Virus record (IMG/VR): IMGVR_UViG_3300035070_002626
Span: 124,001 to 188,000 of that record
Strand: one strand, 5' to 3'
Length of the DNA stretch: 64,000 nucleotides
A program made the translations under genes and the position numbers. The notes below the pieces were generated by a model, which had not been told where the DNA came from, did no database searches, and saw only the letters and a list, made by a program, of their open reading frames with translations. Positions 26,981 to 37,145 of this stretch are shown piece after piece. How positions within the stretch are numbered: position 1 is the first letter of the stretch; each line of letters opens with the position of its first letter.

Positions 26981-27262
26981 CTATGTCTTTGTAAAGTATC
27001 GTTGATATATGTTTTCCAATCCTGCTTTATCTGGGTGTTTTCTTATCCACATACCAGTTGCTGGATCAAAATGTTTTTTAAAAAAGTTGTCCATTTTACG
27101 ATTGCCTGTGGCCACGCTGGTATCAACTGCATAAGACATTTCGTCAAACAACGCATCAGACATAATCGAATCATTCTTGTACTCGTATGCATACGCTGCA
27201 ACTGATAATCTTATGCGCCGTCTAATCTCAGCTTCTACTGTAGATCGATCAATCTGTTGCAT
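26981..27262 (-). CDS. Stand-alone NAD-dependent DNA ligase domain Ia-like protein
   Basis: AYAYEYKNDSIMSDALFD matches Y..Y....P.iSD..YD of LigA domain Ia. Confidence 0.65.
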   Translation of the reverse strand: MQQIDRSTVEAEIRRRIRLSVAAYAYEYKNDSIMSDALFDEMSYAVDTSVATGNRKMDNFFKKHFDPATGMWIRKHPDKAGLENIYQRYFTKT

Positions 27263-27389
27263 CGGCAACATTTGTAGCAATAGTATGTACTACGTGCTGA
27301 CTTGTATCTACTATATCTGTTATTGACGCACCTGTGTATAAACTATACCCAATAATGCCGCATACAACAAAAATTGCTGGTTTAATCAT
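27249..27389 (-). CDS. Small membrane protein
   Basis: MIKPAIFVVCGIIGYSLY...; sits behind a promoter and AAGGA RBS. Confidence 0.6.
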   Translation of the reverse strand: MIKPAIFVVCGIIGYSLYTGASITDIVDTSQHVVHTIATNVADATD

Positions 27390-27416
27390 AGTGATGATCC
27401 TTTTAAAACACAATAC

Positions 27417-27445
27417 AATATAACATTTATGTGTATTAATGTCAA
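27417..27445 (-). promoter_or_regulatory. Sigma70-type promoter
   Basis: TTGACA-N17-TATATT. Confidence 0.65.
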
Positions 27446-27448
27446 CCA

Positions 27449-29545
27449 CTATTTTACAATTATAGCACTTGCTTCGGCTTCGGTATATTGTGACGAACTG
27501 AGTGCACCCGGATTAGGCGGAGGTGTTAGATCTAGTGCGCCGTCTTGTTGCAAATGTGCCGCATCTAAGTTGTCGGTGTTGCGTGATTCTCTCATTGCTG
27601 CAATTGCAGCTTGCCCGCCAAGTGAATCAATGTTCATTATTCTTTCGAGGTACTCACTTGCGCCGCCGCTGGATGTATCTAATGCATACACTGGCAGACT
27701 GCTACTTAATGATATAGCATTGTTTTCACTTGGCACCAACGCCGAAACTGTCATATCCATTTTTGCACGAATTAACTTTTCTCGTGCTAATTGTTCTTGT
27801 ACACGCTTGAAATTTGCTTGTACCGTTTGTGCTGTTGTATTACCAGAATAAACACTTTGCATAAGTGACACAGCGGCAGTAATAACGGCTGTGTATGCAT
27901 CAGCAAATGAACTATACGTTCCAGCGCCATATACTCCTACTGGTATAACCCAATTTGGTCCACTAACATATGTGCCGTCTATTAAGTATTCAAGAACAAC
28001 CAACACTCCGGTAGTAGCACTGCTTGAACCATCGTCCTTGTAAAATACATCAAGATCACCGTTGGCGTTCATTGTGGTTAATAAGTCGTAATTTTGTTGC
28101 AACGGTGCTGCGCTATTATAACCCGCAGCATACCCAATACAGTCAGCAATTGTAAAATTAGCACTTGGCCCGGTTGCAAGTTGTATATTGCTTTGCACTC
28201 CGTAGTAGTCTTGCCAATACCCAGCAACACCTGCTGGCACATAAGTTGTTAAATTTTGTATGTCAGGTAAATCTTTCATAGTTTCAAGATTACTAGCAGC
28301 ATTAGTAAATGTAGCAATGCCTGATGCTTCAATGCCTTTAATCTGTCCTAGGCTCAACGACAATGCACCATTGGCAACTGCTATGTTGTCTGGAACCATT
28401 CCGCTCAACCTAGCGCCTAAATCATTAAACATAGGATTAACACTTCCGCCACTATCTACATAGATGGCCCTGGTACCAAGTTTGCCTGTGCGTACCGGTG
28501 CTGTTAATGTCTGAAAACTTGTTGGAAACAGTTTTGTAGGATCAAACAAATCACTACCAGCGACAACAGATGCTTGGGTGCATTGTAGGATAGCTTTAAC
28601 TTGAGATACATCAGCTATTGACAATGTTGCAAATGCTATATAGATTTGCTCTTGAATACCCTGTGGTAAGCCTGCACCAACTCTAGCAAGATTGTTTAAA
28701 TCAAGTCCAAGACTGCCTAACAATATGTTTGTTGTTGGAACTGGGCTTGCACCTAGTGTTGCAGCAAGCCTTGGGTTTAGTACTACTTTAGATAACTGTG
28801 CGTACATAGGTCCTAATGTACCTGCGTCCAGCATGTTGCTCAACATCTGCCCTGGGCTTCCCAAGTTTGGCAATGCTGCAAAGTTAATAACTGTACCAAG
28901 CAATGCACAATCAGCACCAAATGCTGTGCCAGCTAAATTGACTCCGCTTAGTGCACCACTTGCAACATTGTCCATTCCGGCAAACGTGCCGCCTGTAAAA
29001 GCATTTGCACTATTGTTAGCAGCATTAATGTATTGGTTGCTGTTTTGCACAAAAGAAATTGAACCAGTTAATGCTGTGGCAAACTTTCTAGCATCGCCTT
29101 CGATTTCACTGCCGTTGATTGCACCGCCTAGTACACTAGCACTTTCGGTGCGACCAAATGTTAACACACTATCAACACTATCGTCGGTGTGCATTACTGT
29201 ATACGCATTGCCGGAGTATAAATCAAAAGGTGCTGAAAACACGTTGTCGCCGAGGCCATTGGTCATACTACTAAATTCGTTTATATATGTATTGGCTAGG
29301 TTTGCCACCTTGGCTGTTACATCATACAATACGCTCTGAATGCTTTGTATTTGTACAGTGTAGTAATTCATACTATACAAAGTTGGATTGCCAGTTAAAC
29401 CTGTTGTACTATCAACTAAGTTTAACGTTACCCCGGCGTTACTAGCTATCGGCTTAGCACCAATAGTTGGATCACTGCCGTTAGCAAGCATACTCGCACC
29501 TGCTGTTAATGTCATTGAGGTAACTGTCATATCACATTGCGCCAA
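27449..29545 (-). CDS. Putative virion structural protein (baseplate/tail associated)
   Basis: 698 aa, A/G/S/T/N-rich, overlaps the PAAR gene. Confidence 0.6.
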   Translation of the reverse strand: MAQCDMTVTSMTLTAGASMLANGSDPTIGAKPIASNAGVTLNLVDSTTGLTGNPTLYSMNYYTVQIQSIQSVLYDVTAKVANLANTYINEFSSMTNGLGDNVFSAPFDLYSGNAYTVMHTDDSVDSVLTFGRTESASVLGGAINGSEIEGDARKFATALTGSISFVQNSNQYINAANNSANAFTGGTFAGMDNVASGALSGVNLAGTAFGADCALLGTVINFAALPNLGSPGQMLSNMLDAGTLGPMYAQLSKVVLNPRLAATLGASPVPTTNILLGSLGLDLNNLARVGAGLPQGIQEQIYIAFATLSIADVSQVKAILQCTQASVVAGSDLFDPTKLFPTSFQTLTAPVRTGKLGTRAIYVDSGGSVNPMFNDLGARLSGMVPDNIAVANGALSLSLGQIKGIEASGIATFTNAASNLETMKDLPDIQNLTTYVPAGVAGYWQDYYGVQSNIQLATGPSANFTIADCIGYAAGYNSAAPLQQNYDLLTTMNANGDLDVFYKDDGSSSATTGVLVVLEYLIDGTYVSGPNWVIPVGVYGAGTYSSFADAYTAVITAAVSLMQSVYSGNTTAQTVQANFKRVQEQLAREKLIRAKMDMTVSALVPSENNAISLSSSLPVYALDTSSGGASEYLERIMNIDSLGGQAAIAAMRESRNTDNLDAAHLQQDGALDLTPPPNPGALSSSQYTEAEASAIIVK

Positions 29546-29825
29546 TTATTACATCTGGACTACCCTGTGTACGAATATCAAAACACGTATCGATATTGCC
29601 AACAAAATTAATTGTTTGAAATTCTGCTAAAACACTGGGTGAGCCTAGTGAGGTTTTTGCAACACAATGTTTAGCACAAGGGCCAGGACCGCAGCATGGA
29701 TGCGGACTAACTGGTGTAAATTCAAGACACGCTGGTTGACCATTGATTAGTACACTCAGTGCACCTGGTCCTGTTGCAATGCCTCCCATGCTGTTTGCGT
29801 CACCTATTCTTACTGCCTGTGGCAT
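29532..29825 (-). CDS. PAAR-type spike tip protein (T4 gp5.4-like)
   Basis: QAVRIGD, SVLINGQPA, H..C, GSPSV, GSPDVIIG. Confidence 0.85.
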   Translation of the reverse strand: MPQAVRIGDANSMGGIATGPGALSVLINGQPACLEFTPVSPHPCCGPGPCAKHCVAKTSLGSPSVLAEFQTINFVGNIDTCFDIRTQGSPDVIIGAM

Positions 29826-29864
29826 ATTCATCCTCACTATTACAACAGTATTTATGGTGACTTT

Positions 29865-30155
29865 TTAGGCTGGTACAATACCCGAAGTGGTTGCCAAATA
29901 TTGTTTAGCAATATCTGCTTCTGTTTTTGCAACACAACTCACAGCATGTGCTTGCAATATAAACTTTCCTTCAGGATTTACGCCGAACATAAACGGTGCT
30001 AGTCCCAATCCTTGCTGTTGCGCAATCAAGCACATTGGCTTTTTTAAAGTGTAAGATGTAGCACTTTCGGCATCTAACCGTGCTACTAATTCTTCACCTG
30101 ATGATAACTTAAAAGAAACTGTGTCTCCAGTTTTATACGGTGTTTCGATGATCAT
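29865..30155 (-). CDS. Conserved phage protein, Sm-like fold suspected
   Basis: VSFKLSSGEELVARL...Y...TSGI pattern. Confidence 0.65.
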   Translation of the reverse strand: MIIETPYKTGDTVSFKLSSGEELVARLDAESATSYTLKKPMCLIAQQQGLGLAPFMFGVNPEGKFILQAHAVSCVAKTEADIAKQYLATTSGIVPA

Positions 30156-30241
30156 TTTTTTCTCGTTTTTCCAATTTTAGTTGCTTTTTTTGCAGCGGCT
30201 TTCATTTTAGTTTTAGTTGCTCGTGGTTTGCGTAATGCCAT
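30152..30241 (-). CDS. 29-aa highly basic peptide
   Basis: MALRKPRATKTKMKAAAKKATKIGKTRKK; TAATG overlap with grx and ATGA overlap with the next gene. Confidence 0.7.
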   Translation of the reverse strand: MALRKPRATKTKMKAAAKKATKIGKTRKK

Positions 30242-30495
30242 TATAACGAATGTTCTCCTGTGCCAGTATAATTTGTTTCTTCCAAATATTGCGGGAAGTC
30301 CGACCATCCGCCAATCTTTGTTCCGTTTACTTTAATTTGCGGAAAGGTGCGAGCTCCTGGAAACTTTTCGAGTACCTCGTCACGAGTAAAGTCTATATCT
30401 AGTTGATAGTACTTGTACTCAAGTTGTCGTTGTTCGCACAATGCCTTTGCTCTATCACAAAACGGGCATTGTGCTTTACCATATATTTCGATCAT
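30241..30495 (-). CDS. Glutaredoxin
   Basis: CPFC active site, TFPQI, IGG. Confidence 0.95.
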   Translation of the reverse strand: MIEIYGKAQCPFCDRAKALCEQRQLEYKYYQLDIDFTRDEVLEKFPGARTFPQIKVNGTKIGGWSDFPQYLEETNYTGTGEHSL

Positions 30496-31622
30496 AACGA
30501 GAACCCCTTAAAAGTGTCTGTACCAACGTCTTGTTTTGTACCGCCGCTTACATAACTTGTAATTTCAGTTTCTTGCGGTGCCACTTGTACTTCAGCACCG
30601 CTGATCCATTTTTGTGTCCACGGCAATGGATTTGCTTGTGGTGTTTGATATGGACTTTTTAGATTTACATTGGTCATTCGACGTGCACAAATCCATTCAA
30701 TGTATTCACCTAGTAGCTGTGCGTTAAGACCAATCATTGATCCATCTTTAAATAGATAATCAGCCCAAGCTTTTTCCTGATCCACAGCGTCAACAAACAT
30801 TTGAATACATGCTTCTTCTGTTTCTTCGGCAATTTTTACGTAATCAGGATCGTCTTTTTTGAGAATCTTTAGCAACATTTGTGTGCTTGCTAAATGCAAG
30901 TTTTCATCCCGTGCAATTAACTTGATAATCTTTGCATTGCCTTCCATTTGCTTCATTTCTGCAAATGCCCAGCTACATGCAAAGCTCACGTAGAAACGCA
31001 CACCTTCGAGGATGTTAACACTCATCAATGTAAGCCACAGTAGCTTCTTTAGTTCATAAAGATCAACTGTAATCTTCTTACCATTGACTGTATGCGTACC
31101 TTCGCCGAGCAACTTGTACCAACGTGTAGTTTCAATAAGGCCATCATAGTACTTAGAGATATCCCCAGCACAGTCTGCAATCTCTTCGATGTCCATCATC
31201 TCATCAAAGATTTTGCTAGGATTATTGTATACATTCCGAATAATATGTGTATAGCTGCGACTGTGGATAGTTTCACTGAATGTCCACGTTTGAATCCAGT
31301 TTTCAATCTCAGGTAAACTTACAATAGGAGCAAATGCTTCTACCGGAGCACGACCTTGTACACTGTCTAGTAGGATCTGACGCTTCAAGTTTGATGTAAA
31401 GATATGACGTTCGTGTTCACTAAGAGCTTTAAAGTCTTTGCTGTCTTTGGTTACATCAACTTCTTCAGGACGCCAAAAGAATCCTAATTGTTTGTCCGTA
31501 AGTCCATCAAAACTTTTGTACTTTAGCGTATCATAACGCTGAATCGTAGGCCCGCCTGTTGGATCTAGAAATGCTAATACTTTTGTATGGTCTGCTTTGT
31601 TCTCAGTGTTAAAAACGCTCAT
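30492..31622 (-). CDS. nrdB: Ribonucleotide reductase class Ia beta subunit
   Basis: FFWRPEEV, QILLDSVQ, ETIHSRSY, EGVRFYVSF, RDENLH, VAPQETE. Confidence 0.97.
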   Translation of the reverse strand: MSVFNTENKADHTKVLAFLDPTGGPTIQRYDTLKYKSFDGLTDKQLGFFWRPEEVDVTKDSKDFKALSEHERHIFTSNLKRQILLDSVQGRAPVEAFAPIVSLPEIENWIQTWTFSETIHSRSYTHIIRNVYNNPSKIFDEMMDIEEIADCAGDISKYYDGLIETTRWYKLLGEGTHTVNGKKITVDLYELKKLLWLTLMSVNILEGVRFYVSFACSWAFAEMKQMEGNAKIIKLIARDENLHLASTQMLLKILKKDDPDYVKIAEETEEACIQMFVDAVDQEKAWADYLFKDGSMIGLNAQLLGEYIEWICARRMTNVNLKSPYQTPQANPLPWTQKWISGAEVQVAPQETEITSYVSGGTKQDVGTDTFKGFSL

Positions 31623-31655
31623 ATAATTTTTACCTATTCATCGTGTGTGTGTATT

Positions 31656-31684
31656 AATATAACATGCTACAGATAGCATGTCAA
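31656..31684 (-). promoter_or_regulatory. Sigma70-type promoter of nrdB with a palindrome spanning the spacer
   Basis: TTGACA-N17-TATATT; ACATGCT-N6-AGCATGT. Confidence 0.65.
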
Positions 31685-31692
31685 GTATTAGA

Positions 31693-33990
31693 TTAGATGG
31701 TGCAGCTTTCGCAATCTTCGTCATCAACTTCTGCAATTGCAAGTTCGCCCATCATTTTGTCAACATCAACTTCGCCCTGTCCGTCATTGGTGTTAAAATA
31801 ATACAATTGCTTGCCACCATATTTGTAAAACATTAATAGATGCTGCAACATCAAGCTCATTGGGATCTTTTCGTCTTCAAAGTGCACAGGATTATAACTT
31901 GTGTTTACGCTAATGCCCTGGTCAATGTACTTCTGTAGTACTGCCATAATCTTTAGGTAACCTTCGGGTGACTGTTGATCCCAAAGCAAATCATATTTGT
32001 TTTTCAAACGCTTGAACTCTGGTACAACTTGCTTGAGAACGCCGTGCTTTGATTGCTTCACACTAATCAATGAGCGTGGAGGTTCAATCCCGTTAGTTGC
32101 GTTTGCAATCTGCGCACTTGTTTCACTTGGCATAAGTGCCATTAGTGTGCTGTTACGGATGCCTGTTGCTTTAAGTTGCTCACGCAGTCCTGTCCAGTCC
32201 ATACGCTCAACATGTGGTACTAGTTCATCTAAGTCCTTCTTGTATGTTTGGTTAGGCGTAATACCGTGTCCATACTTTGTTTCCATGTTGCCACTTGGTG
32301 CGCCGAACTCTGTTGCTAGATCAGCACTTGCTTTGATTAAGTAGTAGGACCAGGCTTCTGCCCATTCATCTACAAGTGCAAGTCCTTCCGGTGTAATGTT
32401 TTGGTATGATAAGTCATTCTTAGCCAACCAATATGCAAAGTTAATAATGCCAACGCCTAGTGGACGGCGCTTCTCTGTGCTCAACTGTGCAGCTAGAATA
32501 GGATAGTTTTGGTAGCTTAGTAGTGCATCTAGTCCACGTACTGCTAGACGACACACACGCTCAAAGTCTGCTGGAGTACGAATGTTGCCCCAGTTAATTG
32601 CACTGAGTGTACATAAGCTGATTTCACCTTCTGGATCGTTTAGATCTTTGAGCGGCTTAGTTGGTAGATCAATCTCTGCACACAGGTTGCTCTGTTTGAT
32701 AGGCGCAACGTCAGGAAGAAATGCACCATGCTCGTTGGCGTTGTCTACATTCTGCAAGTAAATACGTCCTGTGTTCTTGCGCTCTTCCATAAACGAACCA
32801 AACAACTCGCTTGCTGGCAAAGTTTTCTTGCGCAGTCTTGTATTGCGCTCAGCACGTTCATATAGGTCGCGAAACTTGGCTTGATCTGCAAAGAAAGCAT
32901 CATACAATCCTGGCACATCTGCAGGCGAGAACAAAGTTATGTTGCCGCCAGTGATTAATCGCTCGTACATCAATTTATTAAACTGTACACCATAGTCCAT
33001 GTGGCGCACACGGTTTTCTTCTGTGCCTTTGTTGTTCTTCAGCACCAACATTTCTTCTGCTTCTAGATGCCAAATTGGATAATAGATAGTTGCTGCTCCG
33101 CCACGCACACCACCTTGACTACAACTCTTTACTGCACTTTGAAAATGCTTGTAAAAAGGAATAATGCCTGTGTGATAAGCGTCACCTTTGCGGATTGGGG
33201 AACCAATTGCACGGATACTTCCTCCACCAATACCAATACCTGCTTTTTGACTTACATATTTAACCACACTAGCGGCGGTAGCGTTAATGCTATCCAAACT
33301 ATCGTCAGTCTCAATAAGAACGCAGCTTGAGAACTGTCTTTGCGGAGTTCGTACGCCAGCCATAACAGGAGTAGGCAAACTAATATCGTGTAAACTAATG
33401 GCATCATAGTACTCCTTTACCCATCTTAGTCGTGTGTCAGTAGGGTAGTCTTGGAATAAACTTGCTGCAATAAGAATATAACACATTTGTGGAGTTTCAA
33501 ATATTTCTCCAGTTACTCTGTTTTGACATAGATACTTGCCACGCAACTGTTCCATAGCAACATATGTTAGGTTTTCGTCACGTTCGTGCCTGATAAACGT
33601 GTTGATTTTATCCCAATCGTCATCGGTATACTTAGTAATAAGTTCTGAATCGTAAAACCCTGCTTGTGTATTTTTGATTACCAATTCTTTTACATGACAT
33701 GGATCAAATCCCCCATACACTTCTTTGCGTAGTGCATAGTTTACAAGTCTGCCGCCAACATATTGATAGTTAGGAGTCTGCTCATTGATGAGATCTGCTG
33801 CGGCCTTGATAAGTGTTTCTTGAATTTCTTTACTAGTAATACCATTATAAAATTGTATTTGGCTTTTAAGTTCTACCTCGCTAGGACTAACTCCGGTGAT
33901 ATCTTCACATGCATAAAACACAACCTTGTGTAGTTTATCAATGTCTAGAAATTCTTTAGTACCGTCACGTTTTAAAACTTGAATGCTCAT
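31693..33990 (-). CDS. nrdA: Ribonucleotide reductase class Ia alpha subunit
   Basis: ATP cone VLKRDG, QFSSCVL, SNLCAEI, MPSETS, LYY, C-terminal CESC. Confidence 0.97.
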   Translation of the reverse strand: MSIQVLKRDGTKEFLDIDKLHKVVFYACEDITGVSPSEVELKSQIQFYNGITSKEIQETLIKAAADLINEQTPNYQYVGGRLVNYALRKEVYGGFDPCHVKELVIKNTQAGFYDSELITKYTDDDWDKINTFIRHERDENLTYVAMEQLRGKYLCQNRVTGEIFETPQMCYILIAASLFQDYPTDTRLRWVKEYYDAISLHDISLPTPVMAGVRTPQRQFSSCVLIETDDSLDSINATAASVVKYVSQKAGIGIGGGSIRAIGSPIRKGDAYHTGIIPFYKHFQSAVKSCSQGGVRGGAATIYYPIWHLEAEEMLVLKNNKGTEENRVRHMDYGVQFNKLMYERLITGGNITLFSPADVPGLYDAFFADQAKFRDLYERAERNTRLRKKTLPASELFGSFMEERKNTGRIYLQNVDNANEHGAFLPDVAPIKQSNLCAEIDLPTKPLKDLNDPEGEISLCTLSAINWGNIRTPADFERVCRLAVRGLDALLSYQNYPILAAQLSTEKRRPLGVGIINFAYWLAKNDLSYQNITPEGLALVDEWAEAWSYYLIKASADLATEFGAPSGNMETKYGHGITPNQTYKKDLDELVPHVERMDWTGLREQLKATGIRNSTLMALMPSETSAQIANATNGIEPPRSLISVKQSKHGVLKQVVPEFKRLKNKYDLLWDQQSPEGYLKIMAVLQKYIDQGISVNTSYNPVHFEDEKIPMSLMLQHLLMFYKYGGKQLYYFNTNDGQGEVDVDKMMGELAIAEVDDEDCESCTI

Positions 33991-34003
33991 ATTAAATTTT
34001 TCC

Positions 34004-34438
34004 TTATCGTATGTTGTGTGCAAACATGGCAGAATCCATGCTACTGTGTATATTCGTTTGTTCTACTGAACTGATATTTAACACTCGAGACACATCCCAA
34101 TTCAATATATATTTCCCTTGGTTGACCGACACTATATAAGAACCATCTGTTGTTTCTTGTATGCACAAGTCATTGATATTCTTGTTGTCTAGCATTAGGA
34201 TAGTGTAACTGATGCCTAGACATTTTGCAAGTTCGCAGTATATATCATCAGCAAGCAAGTCCCAAGGATTTGGCCATTCTTGCGGCAATGTCCAATGTAA
34301 GTATCGTAATTTAGTTGGGCATTTCTGCCACCAAGTATGTATTAAAGAAATCACTATGTCGAGATTTTCTTCGTGTTTGCATTGTTCGCGGAGGAGATTC
34401 CATGCGATTAGTTGCTGCTCAGGACGGTGTTCCCACAT
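34004..34438 (-). CDS. Hypothetical protein (weak transglutaminase-like resemblance)
   Basis: WPNPWDLL....YC pattern; between the tailspike gene and nrdA. Confidence 0.6.
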   Translation of the reverse strand: MWEHRPEQQLIAWNLLREQCKHEENLDIVISLIHTWWQKCPTKLRYLHWTLPQEWPNPWDLLADDIYCELAKCLGISYTILMLDNKNINDLCIQETTDGSYIVSVNQGKYILNWDVSRVLNISSVEQTNIHSSMDSAMFAHNIR

Positions 34439-34443
34439 GTATT

Positions 34444-36024
34444 TTAAGTGCCAAGATGCTCGAGTGAATATTTAAATGTGCCAGAGGCAGTTGATGTGTA
34501 GCGTACACTAATTGTACTACCACTTTGTATTACGTCAAGCACAATCGCACTTGGATTGTCTTCGGTGTATTCGTCAACGTAACTTAGTGTGCCTGCGCTA
34601 TCGTCACTGTCTTGTGCTACAACTCTAAGAGAGCCAAAACGTATAACATTAGTCAGCGGGTCTTTGAATTGGTACATACAATCAAACGCAGCGGCATCTT
34701 CTGTGGTAACAGTAAAGATTACAGTTGGCGATCCTTGTACAGTAAGTTCTGTACTCACTCCGGCAAGCTTATGATATGTACCAAATTCAATCTCTTCGCC
34801 ATTAACAAGAGCATAACATGCTTTATTGTTTAAATCAATTCTTGCTTGTGTTAGTGCATCAGCATCACTGCGATCAAACATGTCACCGACACTAACGTTG
34901 TTATCACCATTGATATCAATAACAGTTGATGCTGGATTTCCTGCACCTAAAAAATCGTTAGCAACATCAAGAAAAATATTGTACGCACTAACGTTTTGAG
35001 ATACTGCACCAATGATAATACCTTCTTTAGCAACATCATCAAACAAGTTTTGCACAATTCGTACACCTTGCGGGCCACCATTTACTGGGGTACCGTCGCC
35101 AAGCAATACTCCTTGGTACAATGTGTTAAACCGCGAGTTTTGCACAGTTACACCTTGGATATTTTCGTCAGTGTTAAGCCCGTAAGTTAGCCCAGTGAAC
35201 TTACAATTGTTAAACTCGATTTGTTTTGTTGTATTTGCAACTGTGCCGTCGAAGCGCACGGCAGCAATGTTAGCACTTGCATTAGTTAATGTTGCTTGTA
35301 CCAATGGGCCAATAAAATTAACATTATTAAATGAAACTTGCTCTGCACGATCAACTAAAACTAGATCAACACTATCAACGCTCTTGAATGTCATTCCTGA
35401 AATTTCAATGTTACTCGGTGGTGTAGCACCGTTGTTGCCAATATTAACTCCAGTTTGTTGCAAACTATCAGCTGTGCGCATAACATAAGTGCTGCCGCCG
35501 TTCATCTCAATTGTTGAACTGTTGCTGCCTTCGCCGTACAATTGTGCAAATGGCGGAACATTAATTGTAGAGGTTACTTTGTAAGTGCCTGCTGGAAAAA
35601 ACAAACTGCGGCGCACTGTTGTGTTTGTTTCTCTACAAAACAATTGATATAACGCCCTATTAATAGCAGCGGTATCATCAGTTACACCGTCTCCAGTTGC
35701 ACCAAAGTCAAGCACACTTGCATAGTTGTCCAGTTTTGCTTGTATAGTTTGTGTTACTGCATCATCCGCACTGGCACCAGTTTGCACTGTGTATCCTGCA
35801 TGCTGACCTTTGTACACGTAGCTAGTTGCAAGGTTTAAAATATCACTGTACTGTGTGAGAATTTCAGTGTTACCGACTGTAGGAGCACCTTCAGCAACAG
35901 TGCCATTGCCAATATAAAGCTGGCGGCTATCAATTACCCAGCCAAACTCTGCGCCTGCTAATTGAGGTAAATTTTCACTAAGACCTTTACGGTTTGTAAT
36001 GCGTGATACTTGAACTATTGCCAT
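34444..36024 (-). CDS. Tailspike/fibre protein with a pectate-lyase-3-type beta-helix
   Basis: N-terminal LPQLAGAEFG..D..QLYIGNG adaptor; SVLDFGATGDGVTDDTAAI, FFPAGTY. Confidence 0.85.
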   Translation of the reverse strand: MAIVQVSRITNRKGLSENLPQLAGAEFGWVIDSRQLYIGNGTVAEGAPTVGNTEILTQYSDILNLATSYVYKGQHAGYTVQTGASADDAVTQTIQAKLDNYASVLDFGATGDGVTDDTAAINRALYQLFCRETNTTVRRSLFFPAGTYKVTSTINVPPFAQLYGEGSNSSTIEMNGGSTYVMRTADSLQQTGVNIGNNGATPPSNIEISGMTFKSVDSVDLVLVDRAEQVSFNNVNFIGPLVQATLTNASANIAAVRFDGTVANTTKQIEFNNCKFTGLTYGLNTDENIQGVTVQNSRFNTLYQGVLLGDGTPVNGGPQGVRIVQNLFDDVAKEGIIIGAVSQNVSAYNIFLDVANDFLGAGNPASTVIDINGDNNVSVGDMFDRSDADALTQARIDLNNKACYALVNGEEIEFGTYHKLAGVSTELTVQGSPTVIFTVTTEDAAAFDCMYQFKDPLTNVIRFGSLRVVAQDSDDSAGTLSYVDEYTEDNPSAIVLDVIQSGSTISVRYTSTASGTFKYSLEHLGT

Positions 36025-36063
36025 ATTGTGTTAAACTCCGGAATCTAAGTGTATTTACCTATA

Positions 36064-36768
36064 CTATGCATGTTTCTCGTAATATGCATATACCCTGTTG
36101 TACCATTCGTTGCGCCATTCATCATATTCATCTGGCCATACATCAAATTGCTGATATGTTTCGCCGCCTAAGATCATGCCGTCATCACCGCGACTACACA
36201 TAAAGATATGCCCTTCGCGAATGTTTGTGCCGTAAATTTCGTTGTGTGCTTCTGCGTATGCTACTAGCTGTAAGAAGTAGTTCTGTACATACTCTAGCTT
36301 TTTAGGTTTGTTGGTCTGTTTAAAGTCCATAATGCACGGCTGTCCTTTGTACTGGCCTACTAGGTCAGTTGTGCCTGCGTACATCTGCGGAACATAAAGT
36401 GCAACCTCGCTACCCCAAATTTCATCAACATCTACCAGAGCATTGTCACGTACTTGTGTTGCCATTGCATGTGCTTTTTTAGCAAACGGATTACTACCCG
36501 GAGTAGGCCATTCGCCAAACTCAACATAGTCCTCAAGATACTTGTGCATACGTGTGCCAACGCCAGCAGCTTCAGTTACAACTTCCTGTGCTTTCTTCTC
36601 GCCCACACGTTTTCGCCAGGCAACAAGACCAGACTTATCGCTTGTAGCATCAAGAATAGTCGTAACACTTGCAACAGCACCGCCATCAGGTGTCATGTAC
36701 TTGCGTTTACCATCTATCTGTTTACGGGAAATGGGTGTATAATCGTACTTGGGTTTAATTAATGTCAT
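36064..36768 (-). CDS. PD-(D/E)xK exonuclease
   Basis: SVTTIL, GTRMHKYLE, SE, AGTTD, DFKQ, QLVAYA. Confidence 0.9.
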   Translation of the reverse strand: MTLIKPKYDYTPISRKQIDGKRKYMTPDGGAVASVTTILDATSDKSGLVAWRKRVGEKKAQEVVTEAAGVGTRMHKYLEDYVEFGEWPTPGSNPFAKKAHAMATQVRDNALVDVDEIWGSEVALYVPQMYAGTTDLVGQYKGQPCIMDFKQTNKPKKLEYVQNYFLQLVAYAEAHNEIYGTNIREGHIFMCSRGDDGMILGGETYQQFDVWPDEYDEWRNEWYNRVYAYYEKHA

Positions 36769-36774
36769 ACTACT

Positions 36775-36803
36775 AATGTAGCATACTATTAATTGCTTGT
36801 CAA
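36775..36803 (-). promoter_or_regulatory. Sigma70-type promoter (leaderless transcript)
   Basis: TTGACA-N17-TACATT, 6 nt before ATG. Confidence 0.6.
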
Positions 36804-37144
36804 GTTAAATCGTTGGCCGAATCAGCCATATCTGCAACTGTGTCTCTTGCTTGATCAACTGTCATAGTATCGTCAACTTCTATGTTAGCACCGCCGCTGA
36901 GTATAACTTCATCGTCAGTTACATTAACGATAACATTTTTCAACGGATCATGCCCTGCCAAGTTGCGAAGTTGTTTATCGGTTATGGCTACACCCATGTT
37001 GTGTGCCATGCTTAAAAAAGCATCAATGGGCACTGCTTTTTCACTGTCAGCGTCATCAGTTCGTCCCAGCAAGTATTCAGCAAGTGCCATAAGTTCCTGG
37101 GGCGATGGGTGGTCAACTGATTCTCTGAACTCGCGAAATCGCAT
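36800..37144 (-). CDS. Hypothetical protein, putative internal head protein
   Basis: N-terminus MRFREFRES resembles T4 capsid-targeting sequences. Confidence 0.65.
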   Translation of the reverse strand: MRFREFRESVDHPSPQELMALAEYLLGRTDDADSEKAVPIDAFLSMAHNMGVAITDKQLRNLAGHDPLKNVIVNVTDDEVILSGGANIEVDDTMTVDQARDTVADMADSANDLT

Positions 37145-37145
37145 A

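Noticed and set aside
30492-33990. Introns or inteins in nrdA/nrdB
   Set aside because: Both ORFs are continuous and of normal length
36064-36768. Cas4 / CRISPR adaptation gene
   Set aside because: Lacks the four-Cys Fe-S motif and no cas genes are nearby; it fits a T4-like phage exonuclease
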